This document shows positions 18,868 to 28,940 of a stretch of DNA of 64,000 bases, piece by piece. The DNA is taken from positions 42,002-106,001 of the forward strand of contig CAYMTY010000003.1 of assembly GCA_964393515.1 (NCBI GenBank), given 5' to 3'. The notes beneath the pieces were generated by a model. That model ran no database searches, was not told where the DNA came from, and saw only the letters and a list, made by a program, of their open reading frames with translations. Positions within the stretch are counted from its first letter, which is position 1; each line of letters starts with the position of its first letter. The stretch is from an uncultured Verrucomicrobiota bacterium (GTDB lineage: Bacteria; Verrucomicrobiota; Kiritimatiellia; CAIQIC01; Lenti-01). The position numbers and the translations under genes are program-made.

Positions 18868-21564
18868 ATGATCTCGCCGCATCTCCAGCCGGCCGCGGAG
18901 GTTCTGACAGCCCTGCGCAGCGCCCGCAACGGCCTGTCCGCCGCCGAGGCCGCCGCCCGCCTCGCCGCTCACGGCCCCAACGAGCTGCAGGAAACCATCT
19001 CCCGCCCCGCCTGGAAAATGCTCCTGGCCCAGTTCGGCGAGCCGATGATCCTCATCCTCGTCGCCGCCGCCGCGCTTTCCCTGGCGCTGGGCGACTATGT
19101 CGAGGCGATTGCCATCCTGGCCATCGTGGTTCTCTTCGGCGTGCTGGGCTTCATCCAGGAATACCGCGCCGAAAAGGCCATGGCCGCCCTCAAGCAGCTG
19201 GCCAGTCCGACCGTCCGCGTCCGCCGCGACGGCACCCTGCGTGAAATCCCCGCGCGCGAACTCGTTCCGGGCGACATCGTCCGCCTCGAGGCCGGCAATA
19301 TCGTTCCCGCCGACCTGCGCCTGCTGGAGTGCGCCAATTTGCAAGTCATGGAGGCGGCGCTCACGGGCGAGTCGGAGGCCGTTGCCAAGCAGATTGGAGC
19401 GCTCGCGGACGCGGACCTCCCGCTGGGCGACCGCAAGAACCTCGCCTTCCTCGGCACGGTCGTCGCCCACGGCCGCGGCGAAGGCGTCGTGGTCGCCACC
19501 GGCATGCGCACCGAACTGGGCCGGATCGCCGGGCTGATCCAGCGGATCGATGAAAGCCGCACGCCGCTCCAGCGTAAGCTGGCGCAGGTGGGCAAGCACC
19601 TCTCGCTCGCAGGCCTGGGCGCGGCGTTCGCCATCCTCGCCATCGGCCTCCTGCGCGGGGAGCGGTTCACCGACATGCTCCTGACGGCCGTAAGTCTCCT
19701 GGTGGCCGTTGTCCCCGAAGGCCTGCCGGCCGTCATCACCGCCACGCTGGCCCTGGGCGCGCGGCGCATGCTCAAGCGCCACGCCCTCATCCGCAAGCTG
19801 CCGGCCGTGGAAACCCTCGGCTCCGTCACCGTCATCTGCACCGACAAGACCGGCACCCTCACCGAAAACCGGATGACCGTCACCCGCCTGCACACCCTGC
19901 ACCGGGATGTCTTCCTCGACAGCGAACCGGCCGCGCCGGCCTTTCCCGCCCCCGCAGACGCGCCGGAACTCCTGCCGCTGCTGCTGGCCGCCGCGCTGTG
20001 CAACGACGGCCACCTCGTCTTCGAGGAATCCGGCCGCCCCCTGCGTCGGATCGGCGATCCCACCGAAACCGCCCTGCTGGCCGCCGCCGAACGCTTCGGC
20101 ATCGTTACGCAGTCCCTCCGCGAGGAATTGCCGCGAATCGCGGAATTCCCGTTCGACTCCGACCGCAAGCGCATGGCCACCTTGCACCGCGGCGACACTG
20201 GCGACTACCCCCTGCCCGCGGCCATGGCCGCGGCCGTGCTGGCGGCCGTCAAGGGCTCGCCCGACGGCCTGGCCCGGCTCGCCACCCGCGTCCTCGATGA
20301 AGGCCGCATCGTGCCGCTGACCGATGACATGCGCCGCAAGTTCCAAGCCGACCACGAACGCATGGCCAGCGAGGGCATCCGCGTGCTGGGTGTCGCCTTC
20401 CGCACTTTCGCCGCCCCGCCCCCCGCCCAGGCAAAGGCCGCCGAGATCGAATCCGACCTCGTCTTCTGCGGGCTGGCCGGCATGCTGGATCCCCCGCGCG
20501 CGGCCGTGCGCGCCGCCATCGCCAGCAGCCACGCCGCCGGCATCCGTACGGTCATGATCACCGGCGACCACCCGCTGACTGCCGTCGCCATCGCCCGCAA
20601 CCTGCGCCTGGCGCCCGGCGGAGAAGATCCCGATGTCCTGACCGGGGCCGATCTGGCGGCGCTTTCCGCCGAGAAACTGGCCGCCCGCGCCGGACATGTC
20701 TCCGTCTACGCCCGGGTTTCGCCCGAGGACAAGCTGCGGATCGTCGCGGCCCTCCAGCGGCGCGGACAGATCGTCGCCATGACCGGCGACGGCGTGAACG
20801 ACTCCCCCGCGCTCAAGCGGGCCGAGATCGGTGTGGCCATGGGCATCGCCGGCACCGATGTCGCCAAGGAGGCCTCCAAGATGGTCCTCCTCGACGACAA
20901 TTTCGCGACCATCGTTGCCGCCGTCGAAGAGGGCCGCACGATCTTCGACAACTTGGTGCGCTTCCTCAAGTTCTCCTTCGGCGGCAACCTCGGCAAGGTG
21001 CTGGTGATGATGCTGGCGCCGCTGGCCGGCATCGGCGCCATGGCCCTGCGCCCCCTGCACCTGCTGTGGCTCAACCTGCTGACCGACGGCCTGATGGGCC
21101 TTGGACTCGGCCTGGAGCCGCCCGAACCGGATGTAATGGACCGGCCGCCGCGGCCGCCCGCCGCCCCGGTGTTCGACCGGGCCGCCATTCTGCATGTCAG
21201 TTGGATGGGCGGGTTCATCTGCGCCGCCGCGCTCCTGCTGGCGGGGGTCTGGCACCAGTACGGGTTCGGAAACGGCGAATGGCAGACGGTGCTGTTTTCA
21301 GCCATCGGTTTCGCGCAGGTCGGCCAGGCCTGGGGCCTGCGGGCGCTGACGGAAAAACCCTTCCGATTCGGCCGCAACCGGGCGCTGGCCGGCCTGACGT
21401 TCCTGACCCTGGCCCTGCAGCTGGTCGTGGTCTACGTCCCGGGCCTGGCCCGGGCGTTCCGGCTCTCCCCGCTTTCCCCCGCCGGCCTCGCCGCCACCGC
21501 CGCCCTCGGCGCGCTGGTCTTCGTCCTCGTCCATCTCGAACGCCGCCGCCCCCGTCGGCGCTGA
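18868..21564 (+). CDS. Cation-transporting P-type ATPase (P2-type, Ca2+/Mg2+-like)
   Basis: DKTGTLT phosphorylation motif, TGDGVNDSPALKRAEIGVAMG hinge motif, 10 TM segments. Confidence 0.9.
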   Translation: MISPHLQPAAEVLTALRSARNGLSAAEAAARLAAHGPNELQETISRPAWKMLLAQFGEPMILILVAAAALSLALGDYVEAIAILAIVVLFGVLGFIQEYRAEKAMAALKQLASPTVRVRRDGTLREIPARELVPGDIVRLEAGNIVPADLRLLECANLQVMEAALTGESEAVAKQIGALADADLPLGDRKNLAFLGTVVAHGRGEGVVVATGMRTELGRIAGLIQRIDESRTPLQRKLAQVGKHLSLAGLGAAFAILAIGLLRGERFTDMLLTAVSLLVAVVPEGLPAVITATLALGARRMLKRHALIRKLPAVETLGSVTVICTDKTGTLTENRMTVTRLHTLHRDVFLDSEPAAPAFPAPADAPELLPLLLAAALCNDGHLVFEESGRPLRRIGDPTETALLAAAERFGIVTQSLREELPRIAEFPFDSDRKRMATLHRGDTGDYPLPAAMAAAVLAAVKGSPDGLARLATRVLDEGRIVPLTDDMRRKFQADHERMASEGIRVLGVAFRTFAAPPPAQAKAAEIESDLVFCGLAGMLDPPRAAVRAAIASSHAAGIRTVMITGDHPLTAVAIARNLRLAPGGEDPDVLTGADLAALSAEKLAARAGHVSVYARVSPEDKLRIVAALQRRGQIVAMTGDGVNDSPALKRAEIGVAMGIAGTDVAKEASKMVLLDDNFATIVAAVEEGRTIFDNLVRFLKFSFGGNLGKVLVMMLAPLAGIGAMALRPLHLLWLNLLTDGLMGLGLGLEPPEPDVMDRPPRPPAAPVFDRAAILHVSWMGGFICAAALLLAGVWHQYGFGNGEWQTVLFSAIGFAQVGQAWGLRALTEKPFRFGRNRALAGLTFLTLALQLVVVYVPGLARAFRLSPLSPAGLAATAALGALVFVLVHLERRRPRRR

Positions 21565-21576
21565 TTCCCCCGCGGT

Positions 21577-22659
21577 TCAGGGATCGTCGGCGGGTTCTGC
21601 TCCCGCGGGGCTGCGCTCGAAACGCGGATCGTTCTCGTCGAAACGGAAAACGATCTCCTGTTCCCGGTCCAGGTCGAGCCGGGCGTTGAAGTCGTCGTGG
21701 GTGTCGGCGGTGAACGCGGCCGCAGCCGGATCGGTGACCAGCCGGGAACCGCCATTGACGCGGAACTTGTATTCGTGGCGGCCGGGACCGAGCCGCTGGC
21801 GCGCTTCCCAGATGCCGGCCCCGGTCCGCGCCAGCGGCAAGATCCCCTCCCAGTCGTCCAGGAAGCTGCCCATGAGCTCCACGCGGTTGATCTGGGCCGG
21901 AAGCCGGATGCGCGGCAGGACGCAGCGCATTTCCGGAGGGGTCTTCTCCTCCGGCGTGATTTCGGCCGTCGCATGAACCCGGTCGTAGCCGGGCGCCGCG
22001 ATGCGCACGTCGTAGCGGTTGACCGGCAGTTCGATGGCGAAGCGGCCTTCCGCATCGGTTTGGGCGCGCCAGGTGGCGCGCGCTTCGACCGGTCCCCCGG
22101 CCACGGCCGGGCGGGCCCGGATGCGGATGCCGGCGTGCACGGGCCGGCGGCCGTCCCAGGTTTCCACGACGCCGCCCAGGGTCCGCCGGAGCGCCGCCAG
22201 TTCCCCAACGGCCTGTTGCGCCAGCTGCGGGAAGCGGGCCTGCACGGCGGCGCGCCATTCCGCCGCCGGCCGCGCGGGTTCCGCGCCGGCGGTTTCCTCC
22301 TCGGCCATGCGCAACAGGGCGCGCGCGGCGGCCTCCTGCACCTCCCGCACTTCGGCCGGCGCCTCGGCCGGGGCGGCCAGCAGCTCGAGCTGCCGCGCGG
22401 CGGCCTCGTTCCGGCGGCCCAGCAGTTCCAGGCACAGCCCCGCGCGCCACCGCGCCCGGGCCGCGAGCCCGGCGCCGGCGGCGGGATCGGCCGCGACCTG
22501 TTCGTACGCCGCGCAGGCCGCGGCGGGATCGCCCGCCCCGCGCTCCAGGAACAGGGCGTTTTGATAGGCCTCCGGCGGCGGAACGGCCGCGGCCAGCGCC
22601 GCGCCGGCCGCCAGGATCGCGCCGGCGTTCAGAAGTCCAAATGGAAGGCGGATTTTCAT
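21577..22659 (-). CDS. Secreted protein with TPR-like region, carboxypeptidase-regulatory-like domain and C-terminal CBM48/early-set-like domain
   Basis: Signal peptide MKIRLPFGLLNAGAILAAGAALAAA; DAEGRFAIELPVNRYDVRIAAPGY; VELMGSFLDDWEG...HEYKFRVNG. ATGA overlap with the upstream response regulator. Confidence 0.55.
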   Translation of the reverse strand: MKIRLPFGLLNAGAILAAGAALAAAVPPPEAYQNALFLERGAGDPAAACAAYEQVAADPAAGAGLAARARWRAGLCLELLGRRNEAAARQLELLAAPAEAPAEVREVQEAAARALLRMAEEETAGAEPARPAAEWRAAVQARFPQLAQQAVGELAALRRTLGGVVETWDGRRPVHAGIRIRARPAVAGGPVEARATWRAQTDAEGRFAIELPVNRYDVRIAAPGYDRVHATAEITPEEKTPPEMRCVLPRIRLPAQINRVELMGSFLDDWEGILPLARTGAGIWEARQRLGPGRHEYKFRVNGGSRLVTDPAAAAFTADTHDDFNARLDLDREQEIVFRFDENDPRFERSPAGAEPADDP

Positions 22660-23342
22660 CGCTTGAACTCGTAGCCGTGGGTGCGGACGGTCAACAGGTG
22701 CTCGGGCCGGCGCGGATCGCGCTCGATGCGCTGGCGCAGGGTGGTCACGAAGCGGTCCACGGTGCGGTCGGTCCCCTCGTAGTCGGCTCCCCACACGTGG
22801 TCCAGCAACTCCGCGCGCGTGAACGCCCGGCCCGGATGGAGCACCAGATACTCCAGCAGCGCGTACTCCCGCGGCGTGAGCTCCACGGCCTGCTCCCCGC
22901 GGCGCAGGACCCGCGCCGCCACGTCCAGCACGTGCCGGCCGAAGGCGATCCGCGGCGCCGACCCCCGCAGCGTCGCGCGCAGCAGGAGCGCCTTGATCCG
23001 CGCCACCAGCGTTTCCATCTTGAACGGCTTGCGCACGAAATCGTCCGCGCCGAGCTGGAAGCTGAGCAGCTCGTCCTCGTCGCCGGTCTTGGCCGTCAGC
23101 ACCAGGACCGGCACACCCAGGTTGCGGCGGCGCAGCTCCTGGCAGACCTCGAACCCGCTCCGGCCGGGCAGCATGACGTCCAGCAGGACGAGGTCGGGGC
23201 GCTCGGCCTGCGCCACGCGCAGCGCCTCGTCGCCGTCGCCCGCGGACACGACCGCGTATCCGTAGTCCGGAAGCGCGATTTCCAGGGCGGTGCGCAACGG
23301 CAGGTGGTCTTCCACCACGAGAATTTTCTTGCGAACGTTCAT
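22656..23342 (-). CDS. OmpR-family response regulator
   Basis: Receiver domain (DD, D in LLDVMLP, K in KPF) plus winged-helix C-terminus (LTPREYALLEYL...GYEF). Confidence 0.9.
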   Translation of the reverse strand: MNVRKKILVVEDHLPLRTALEIALPDYGYAVVSAGDGDEALRVAQAERPDLVLLDVMLPGRSGFEVCQELRRRNLGVPVLVLTAKTGDEDELLSFQLGADDFVRKPFKMETLVARIKALLLRATLRGSAPRIAFGRHVLDVAARVLRRGEQAVELTPREYALLEYLVLHPGRAFTRAELLDHVWGADYEGTDRTVDRFVTTLRQRIERDPRRPEHLLTVRTHGYEFKR

Positions 23343-25411
23343 GGCTGGCCTCCGGTTTCCGGAGCCAGCGGCAGCCGGATTTCAAACACGGCCCCCTCGC
23401 CCGGCGCCGAACGGGCCGTGACCTCACCCCCGTGGGCGCGCACCAGTCCCCGCACGATCGCCAATCCGAGCCCCAGGCCCGGCACCCGCGCCGCGAGACG
23501 GCGGTCGGCCCGAAAGTACGGCGTGAACAGGTGGCGCAGCGTGCGCGCATCCATGCCCGGCCCGTCATCGGCCACCTCCAGCACGGCCTCATCCCCGGCG
23601 CGGCGCAGCGCCAGGCGCACGTCCACCGGCCCGGCGCCGTGCTTCACCGCATTCTCGACCAGGTTGCGCACGATCTCCCCGAGCGCCGCGCGGTCGAATT
23701 CGCCGGCATAGGCGCCGGGCGCGAAGGTGAACGCCAGCCGGCCGGCGTCCACGCCGGTTTCGGCCGGCAGCCGGCGGACGATCTCCGCCAGCCAGTCATC
23801 CAGGCGGCCCGGCTCCCGGTCCAGCCGCATCGTTCCCGCGCGCTGCCGCGCGAAATCCAGCAGCCGGTCGCTGAGCCGCACCAGCCGCCGGACCTCGTCG
23901 CGCAGCAGGGTGCGCACCTGCGCGTCCGTGGCCGGCTCCGCCGCCGCGCCGCGCCGCGCCAAGGTGTCGGTCAGCACGGCCAGGGAGGCGATGGGGGTTT
24001 TCAACTCGTGGCTGATGCGGTCCACCACGTCGGCCTGCAACGCGGCGACGCGCAGCGAACGCCGCAGATAGGCGAACGGCAAGAGTAGCCCCAGCAGGGC
24101 CAGGATGACGGCGCCGCCCAGGAGCGCCGCCCGGGTTTTCGATTGCGAAGCCGCCAGCGTGGCCCACAGCGAAGCGGATTCCAGCCGGTATTGGAGCGCC
24201 CAGTCGTCCAACGGCGCCGGCAGCGGCTGGCGCATCGCGGCGGCGTCCCCGGTCCCCGGCCGGGCCGGCGTAATCCATTCGGCGCGGCCTCCCAACCGGG
24301 CCACCAGTTCGCGCCGCGCCGGCTCCAGCAGGCCGGCCCGCAGGGCCGCCGGGTCGCTCTCAAAGGCAAGCCGGGCGCCGCCGGGCAGCGTCGCGCGGGT
24401 ATCCACCAGCAACCGGGTTCCCCCGCTCACGGCCGCGGGCAACGGCACGGCCTCGAAATCGTGCTCCCCCGGGAAAGCGGGAAGCGGAAACGGCCCCGGG
24501 CCCTGTTCGCGGATGAAATTCTCGAGCGCGGCGCGGGCGGCCGCCAGCCGTTCCACCCGCTCCCGGGCCGCGCGCTGCTCCTCCGCCTCCGCTTCCGGCC
24601 AGGCCGGCAGGCGCGCCACCACGGTTTCGAGTTCATCGAGGCCCAGGTCCAGGCCGCGCTCTTCGCTGGCGGCCAGCAAGGCTTGGCCCCAGCGCCGGGC
24701 GCGGTCTTCGTCGCCGGCCTGTTGCGCCAGTTCAACGGCCTGCAGCAAAGGCAGCACCGGCGGCGCCTCGGCGGCCTCGGCAAACGCAGCCAGCATGCGC
24801 TCGTAATGATCCAGCGCCGCGGGCAGGTCTCCGAGTCGCTGCGCGCACCAGGACATTTCCGCCCACAGGGCGGCGCGCACGCCGGCCGGCGTGCGCGGTT
24901 CGGCCACCACCCGCCGGTAAGGCTCCAAGGCGCGCGCGGGATCGTTTTCCACCCACAGCGCGCGCCGGGCCGCCTGCAGGTCCGCCCGGGCCGGGTGCAC
25001 GGTTGACAGGCGCGGCAGGTCGTCCGCCGGCAGCCGGCCGGCCCGCGGCCCGACCAGCCGGCCCGCCGCATCCAGCGCCAGCACCGCCCGGATGCCGTCC
25101 CGTGCCAGTTCCGGCCGCTGCGCCTCGATCCAAAAGGCCGGGACGGACGGCGGCAGCGCGCGCAAGGGCCCCGCCGCCCGCGCCAGCCAGTTGTCCAGCC
25201 GGCGCCGGACCTCCCGGCCGGTGTCTTGCAATTCATGGCGGCAGGCCTCCCGCTGCTGCGCCCGGGCCGCCTCGTGCAGGCTGCGCACGCTCAACCAGGC
25301 CAGGAAGACCAGCAGGATGCACGGCGCCACGACAAAGACGACCAGCGCCGCCATCAGGCGCCGGACTTCGCGGCGGGAATATAGTTGCGCACCCATCGTG
25401 GAACCCAGCAT
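23339..25411 (-). CDS. Sensor histidine kinase with large TPR-like periplasmic domain
   Basis: TM, ~400-aa periplasmic region, H-box ISHELKTPIASL, HATPase_c N/G boxes. Confidence 0.85.
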   Translation of the reverse strand: MLGSTMGAQLYSRREVRRLMAALVVFVVAPCILLVFLAWLSVRSLHEAARAQQREACRHELQDTGREVRRRLDNWLARAAGPLRALPPSVPAFWIEAQRPELARDGIRAVLALDAAGRLVGPRAGRLPADDLPRLSTVHPARADLQAARRALWVENDPARALEPYRRVVAEPRTPAGVRAALWAEMSWCAQRLGDLPAALDHYERMLAAFAEAAEAPPVLPLLQAVELAQQAGDEDRARRWGQALLAASEERGLDLGLDELETVVARLPAWPEAEAEEQRAARERVERLAAARAALENFIREQGPGPFPLPAFPGEHDFEAVPLPAAVSGGTRLLVDTRATLPGGARLAFESDPAALRAGLLEPARRELVARLGGRAEWITPARPGTGDAAAMRQPLPAPLDDWALQYRLESASLWATLAASQSKTRAALLGGAVILALLGLLLPFAYLRRSLRVAALQADVVDRISHELKTPIASLAVLTDTLARRGAAAEPATDAQVRTLLRDEVRRLVRLSDRLLDFARQRAGTMRLDREPGRLDDWLAEIVRRLPAETGVDAGRLAFTFAPGAYAGEFDRAALGEIVRNLVENAVKHGAGPVDVRLALRRAGDEAVLEVADDGPGMDARTLRHLFTPYFRADRRLAARVPGLGLGLAIVRGLVRAHGGEVTARSAPGEGAVFEIRLPLAPETGGQP

Positions 25412-25424
25412 TCCATCCGGATGT

Positions 25425-25480
25425 TACCGGATTGTTACCGGAAATCCGCTCAAAAACATGCAAACGGTAACAATCCGGTA
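25425..25480. promoter_or_regulatory. Perfect 16-bp inverted repeat (TACCGGATTGTTACCG ... CGGTAACAATCCGGTA, 24-bp spacer) in the divergent promoter region
   Basis: Seen directly between the HK start (25411) and the phosphoesterase start (25526). Confidence 0.5.
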
Positions 25481-25525
25481 GCAATGAGATGGCAGGCTGG
25501 CCGCGGAAAACAAGGAGAACGGCCC

Positions 25526-28500
25526 ATGAAATCCATCCGATTCCCGCCGCGAATGCATATCGCCCTGCTGCTGGCCGCGGCGTGCGCCGCGGGTTCCGCC
25601 GAGGCCGCGCTCGTGCGCGGACCCTACCTCCAGATGGGCCATTTCACCAACCGGGCCACCGTGGTCTGGCGCACGGATTCCTCCGCCGACAGCGCGGTGG
25701 ACTACGGCCTCACCCCCGCCTACGGCATGACCGCCACCGGAACCAGCGGCTACCAGCACGAAGTGACGCTCACCGGCCTGGGGCCCGGCACCACCTACTT
25801 CTACCGCGTCCGCAGCGGGGGCGTCCCGCTCGCCACCAACAGCTTCCGCAGCGCCAAGGCCCCCGGCGCCCCCTTCCGCATCGGCGTCTTCAGCGACGCC
25901 CACCAGGGCGGCTCCGCCGCCATCGGCAACCTCCTCGCCCTGGTCGCGCCCGACCTGCTCCTCGCCGCCGGCGATGTCACCGACGACGGCCTCTATTCCG
26001 ACCTGGACAACAACCTGTTCTCGAAGATGGGCGCCGTCCTGGCCGCGGCGCCGCTCTACTGGACCCCCGGCAACCACGACGTCCGCGACGGCTTCGCCGC
26101 CTGCCGGGAGGCGTTCGTCCTGCCCGACAACGAACTGAGCTACTCGTTCGAATACGCCGACGCCCTGATCGTCTCGCTCAACGCCGAGGACCTGCCCGGC
26201 CCCGCCTGGCTCGCCTCCACCCTCGCCACTTCGTCCAAGCCGTGGAAAATCGTCATGTTCCACGAACCCGCCTATTCGCCCGACGGCGGCCACGGCGAGC
26301 ATGAAACCATTCGCGACCAGTACGTGCCGGTGATGGAGCAGCACGGCGTGCAGCTCACCCTCTCCGGCCACAACCACTTCTACTGGCGCAGCGCGCCCAT
26401 CCACGGCATCACCCATCTGATTTCCGGCCCGTCCGGCAACCGCACCCGCGAAACCGGCGGCATCCCCTGCTATTCCCAATGGGCGGTCAACGGCACCGCG
26501 GCCCAGACCTTCATCGTGCTCGACATCGCCGGCACCGTCCTGCGCATCCGCACCTACGACGCCCTCGGCAACTGCCTCGACGAGGCCGCCGTGGACCGCG
26601 CCTGCCCCTTCGCGCTGGACGGGCAGCTCGACGCCGCGGCCGCCCAGGTGACCGCCCGCGGCGGCGGCCAGACCCTCTGGGCCGCGCAATCGAACGGCTA
26701 TCTCTACGTGGCCACCCAGGACGCCGGCGAAGGCCAAGACGCCTTCCTCTTCCTCGCCAGCGCCCCCGACGCCCTCACCAACGCCGCCCCGTGGGGCAAG
26801 GCCGGAACCGCCCCGGCCCATGACGCGTTCCTCGCCGACGAAAACGACAACAACTACAGCCGCGGCTTCGCCGAGGACGGCCTGGCGGCCGATGTCGCCC
26901 TGGTGCGCACCGCCACGCCCTGGTGCAACGGCGGCGTGCTCGAAGGCGTGATCGACCTGAATGCCTATTTCGGCGGCGCCGTGCCGGATTCGGTCTTTCT
27001 GGCGGCCGCCCTCTACGCCAACGGCGCGGGCGGCGCGCTCAGCGCCGCTTCCCAATGCCCCGCCGGCAACGGCGACGCCAACCTCGACGCGGGCGAAATG
27101 TTCGAAATCGAGTTGGCCGACTCCGGCGGCCCAGCCGGGCCCGCCCCCGCCGCCACCTTCGCGCCCGCCGCCCCGGCTGACTGCGGCCAGCTCGCCGTCC
27201 TCTTCAACGCCGCGACCTCCGCCCTCGCCACCGCAACGACCGTCACCGCGTTTTATCATTTCTCCACCAATGACGACGACTGGGCCTCCGCCGCAATGAC
27301 CCGCACCGGCACCAACACCTTCTCCGTCACATTCGCCACCCTCCCCGACAATGCCCCCCAGTGCGAGGTCTGCTTCACCGACGGCGTCAACTGGGAGAAC
27401 AACGGCGGCGCCAACTGGCAGGTCGCCATCCGCGACTGCGAGGCGCCCCAGACCGTCGACGGCGTCACCCTGGTGCCGGGCGTGCCGGTCGCCGGCCACG
27501 CGGTCACCGTCACCTACAATCCCGCCGGCCGCCCCCTGGCCGGCGCCGGCGCCCTCAACCTCCACCGCGGCTACAACCGGACCGAGGGCTGGACCCCCGT
27601 GCCCGGCGTTTCCATGGCGCCGGCCGGCGCGGAGTGGACCCACACCTACACCATTCCCCCGGCCGCCACCGAAATCTCCCTGTGCTTCAACGACGGCACC
27701 ACTTGGGACAACCGCGGCGGCGCCGATTGGATCTTCGCCGTGGTCCCCAGCGACCTCCCGCCCGTGCCGGACGGCGTCGTCATCACGAATCCCGCCGCCG
27801 CCACGGTCCATGTCGCCCACGCCACCGCCCAGTTCGCCTGCCAGGGCACCGCCGGCACCAATCTGGCCGGACCGCTCTCCTGGACCAATCTCGCCACCGG
27901 CGGCGGCGGCACCTTCGCGCGCGAGTCGTATTGGCTGCAGGAGATCCCCCTCGCCCCCGGCGACAATGAAATCCGGATTGCCGGCGTCATCGCCGGCACC
28001 GAGGCCGGCAGCGCCACCGCGGCGGTGGACCAGGCCGCCGCCTATGCCGCCTGGACCAACGGCAGCGCCCAGGGCGCCGGGTGGAGCGACGGCTGGGCCT
28101 GCACCGTTGCCGGCGCGACCGCCGGGCACTTCCTCGATGCCGGTTCCGCGAACTGCTCCGCCGGCAACCCCGCCTTCGGGCTCTGGGCCAACGGCGGCGC
28201 CACCGCCCGCGCCCGGCGCAGCCTCGCCGAACCCCTGCAACCCGGCGACACCTTCTCCTGGCAGTTCGACAACAACTGGATCCAGGACGGCGGCTCCGCC
28301 GGCTTCTCCCTGGAAAACGCCGCCGGCGAACCCCTGCTCATCCTCTACTTCCTCGGCGGCGAACTCGCCTACAAGCTGCAGAACGGCGATCCCGAAATCC
28401 GCGACACCGGCATTTCCTGGACCGGCAGCGGCCTCGCGGTCGCGTTCACTTTAGATTCGGAAACCGGCTACACGCTCGCGCTCAACGGGGCCGCCTTCAC

Positions 28501-28927
28501 CGGCACCCTGGCCGCCGCCGCGTCCGGCACCGCCGTCCGCCAGTTCCAGGTCTGGAACTACAACTGCGGATCCGACATGGAACGCAACATCTACTTCAAC
28601 GACCTCCAACTCGTCCGCCCCGAACCGGGCGGCGGGGAGGCCTACAGCACCGCCACCCTCCACGTCGTCCGCGACGCGGACGGCGAACCGGCGCCCGTCA
28701 TCACCGGCCTCGCGGCGAGCGGCGCGGAAGGCCTGTGCTGCGGCCTTGCGGAAAGCGTCGCCGGCGCCGCCTACGCCATCTATGCCACCGAAACCCTGGC
28801 CCCCACCCAGAACTGGCAGGTGGTCGCCGGCACCGTCCAGATCGGCACGGGCGGCGCGCTGGAACTGCGCCTCACAAACGGCCTCCCGGCGGTCGGCTAC
28901 TACCGCATCGGCTTCACGCCCCCGTGA
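25526..28927 (+). CDS. Large secreted metallophosphoesterase (purple acid phosphatase-like N-terminus) with CBM-like repeats and Ala/Gly-rich C-terminal region
   Basis: Signal peptide MKSIRFPPRMHIALLLAAACAAGSAEA; AGGAG RBS; metallophos motifs (GDxxDxG as GDVTDDG, GNHD, GHNHFY); repeated W-x-N-x-G-G-A-N/D-W modules. Confidence 0.75.
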   Translation: MKSIRFPPRMHIALLLAAACAAGSAEAALVRGPYLQMGHFTNRATVVWRTDSSADSAVDYGLTPAYGMTATGTSGYQHEVTLTGLGPGTTYFYRVRSGGVPLATNSFRSAKAPGAPFRIGVFSDAHQGGSAAIGNLLALVAPDLLLAAGDVTDDGLYSDLDNNLFSKMGAVLAAAPLYWTPGNHDVRDGFAACREAFVLPDNELSYSFEYADALIVSLNAEDLPGPAWLASTLATSSKPWKIVMFHEPAYSPDGGHGEHETIRDQYVPVMEQHGVQLTLSGHNHFYWRSAPIHGITHLISGPSGNRTRETGGIPCYSQWAVNGTAAQTFIVLDIAGTVLRIRTYDALGNCLDEAAVDRACPFALDGQLDAAAAQVTARGGGQTLWAAQSNGYLYVATQDAGEGQDAFLFLASAPDALTNAAPWGKAGTAPAHDAFLADENDNNYSRGFAEDGLAADVALVRTATPWCNGGVLEGVIDLNAYFGGAVPDSVFLAAALYANGAGGALSAASQCPAGNGDANLDAGEMFEIELADSGGPAGPAPAATFAPAAPADCGQLAVLFNAATSALATATTVTAFYHFSTNDDDWASAAMTRTGTNTFSVTFATLPDNAPQCEVCFTDGVNWENNGGANWQVAIRDCEAPQTVDGVTLVPGVPVAGHAVTVTYNPAGRPLAGAGALNLHRGYNRTEGWTPVPGVSMAPAGAEWTHTYTIPPAATEISLCFNDGTTWDNRGGADWIFAVVPSDLPPVPDGVVITNPAAATVHVAHATAQFACQGTAGTNLAGPLSWTNLATGGGGTFARESYWLQEIPLAPGDNEIRIAGVIAGTEAGSATAAVDQAAAYAAWTNGSAQGAGWSDGWACTVAGATAGHFLDAGSANCSAGNPAFGLWANGGATARARRSLAEPLQPGDTFSWQFDNNWIQDGGSAGFSLENAAGEPLLILYFLGGELAYKLQNGDPEIRDTGISWTGSGLAVAFTLDSETGYTLALNGAAFTGTLAAAASGTAVRQFQVWNYNCGSDMERNIYFNDLQLVRPEPGGGEAYSTATLHVVRDADGEPAPVITGLAASGAEGLCCGLAESVAGAAYAIYATETLAPTQNWQVVAGTVQIGTGGALELRLTNGLPAVGYYRIGFTPP

Positions 28928-28940
28928 CGTCTCGCCGCGT

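Noticed and set aside
18661-21255. 864-aa minus-strand ORF antisense to the P-type ATPase
   Set aside because: Arg/Gly/Ala/Pro-rich low-complexity translation with no motifs, opposite a well-supported gene; typical high-GC antisense artifact.
21577-23592. Long N-terminal extensions of several track ORFs (e.g. 21577-23592, 30542-31942, 33730-38121, 60788-63799)
   Set aside because: The extensions run through neighbouring genes in another frame and are low-complexity; internal Met/GTG starts with ATGA coupling, signal peptides or RBSs were chosen instead.
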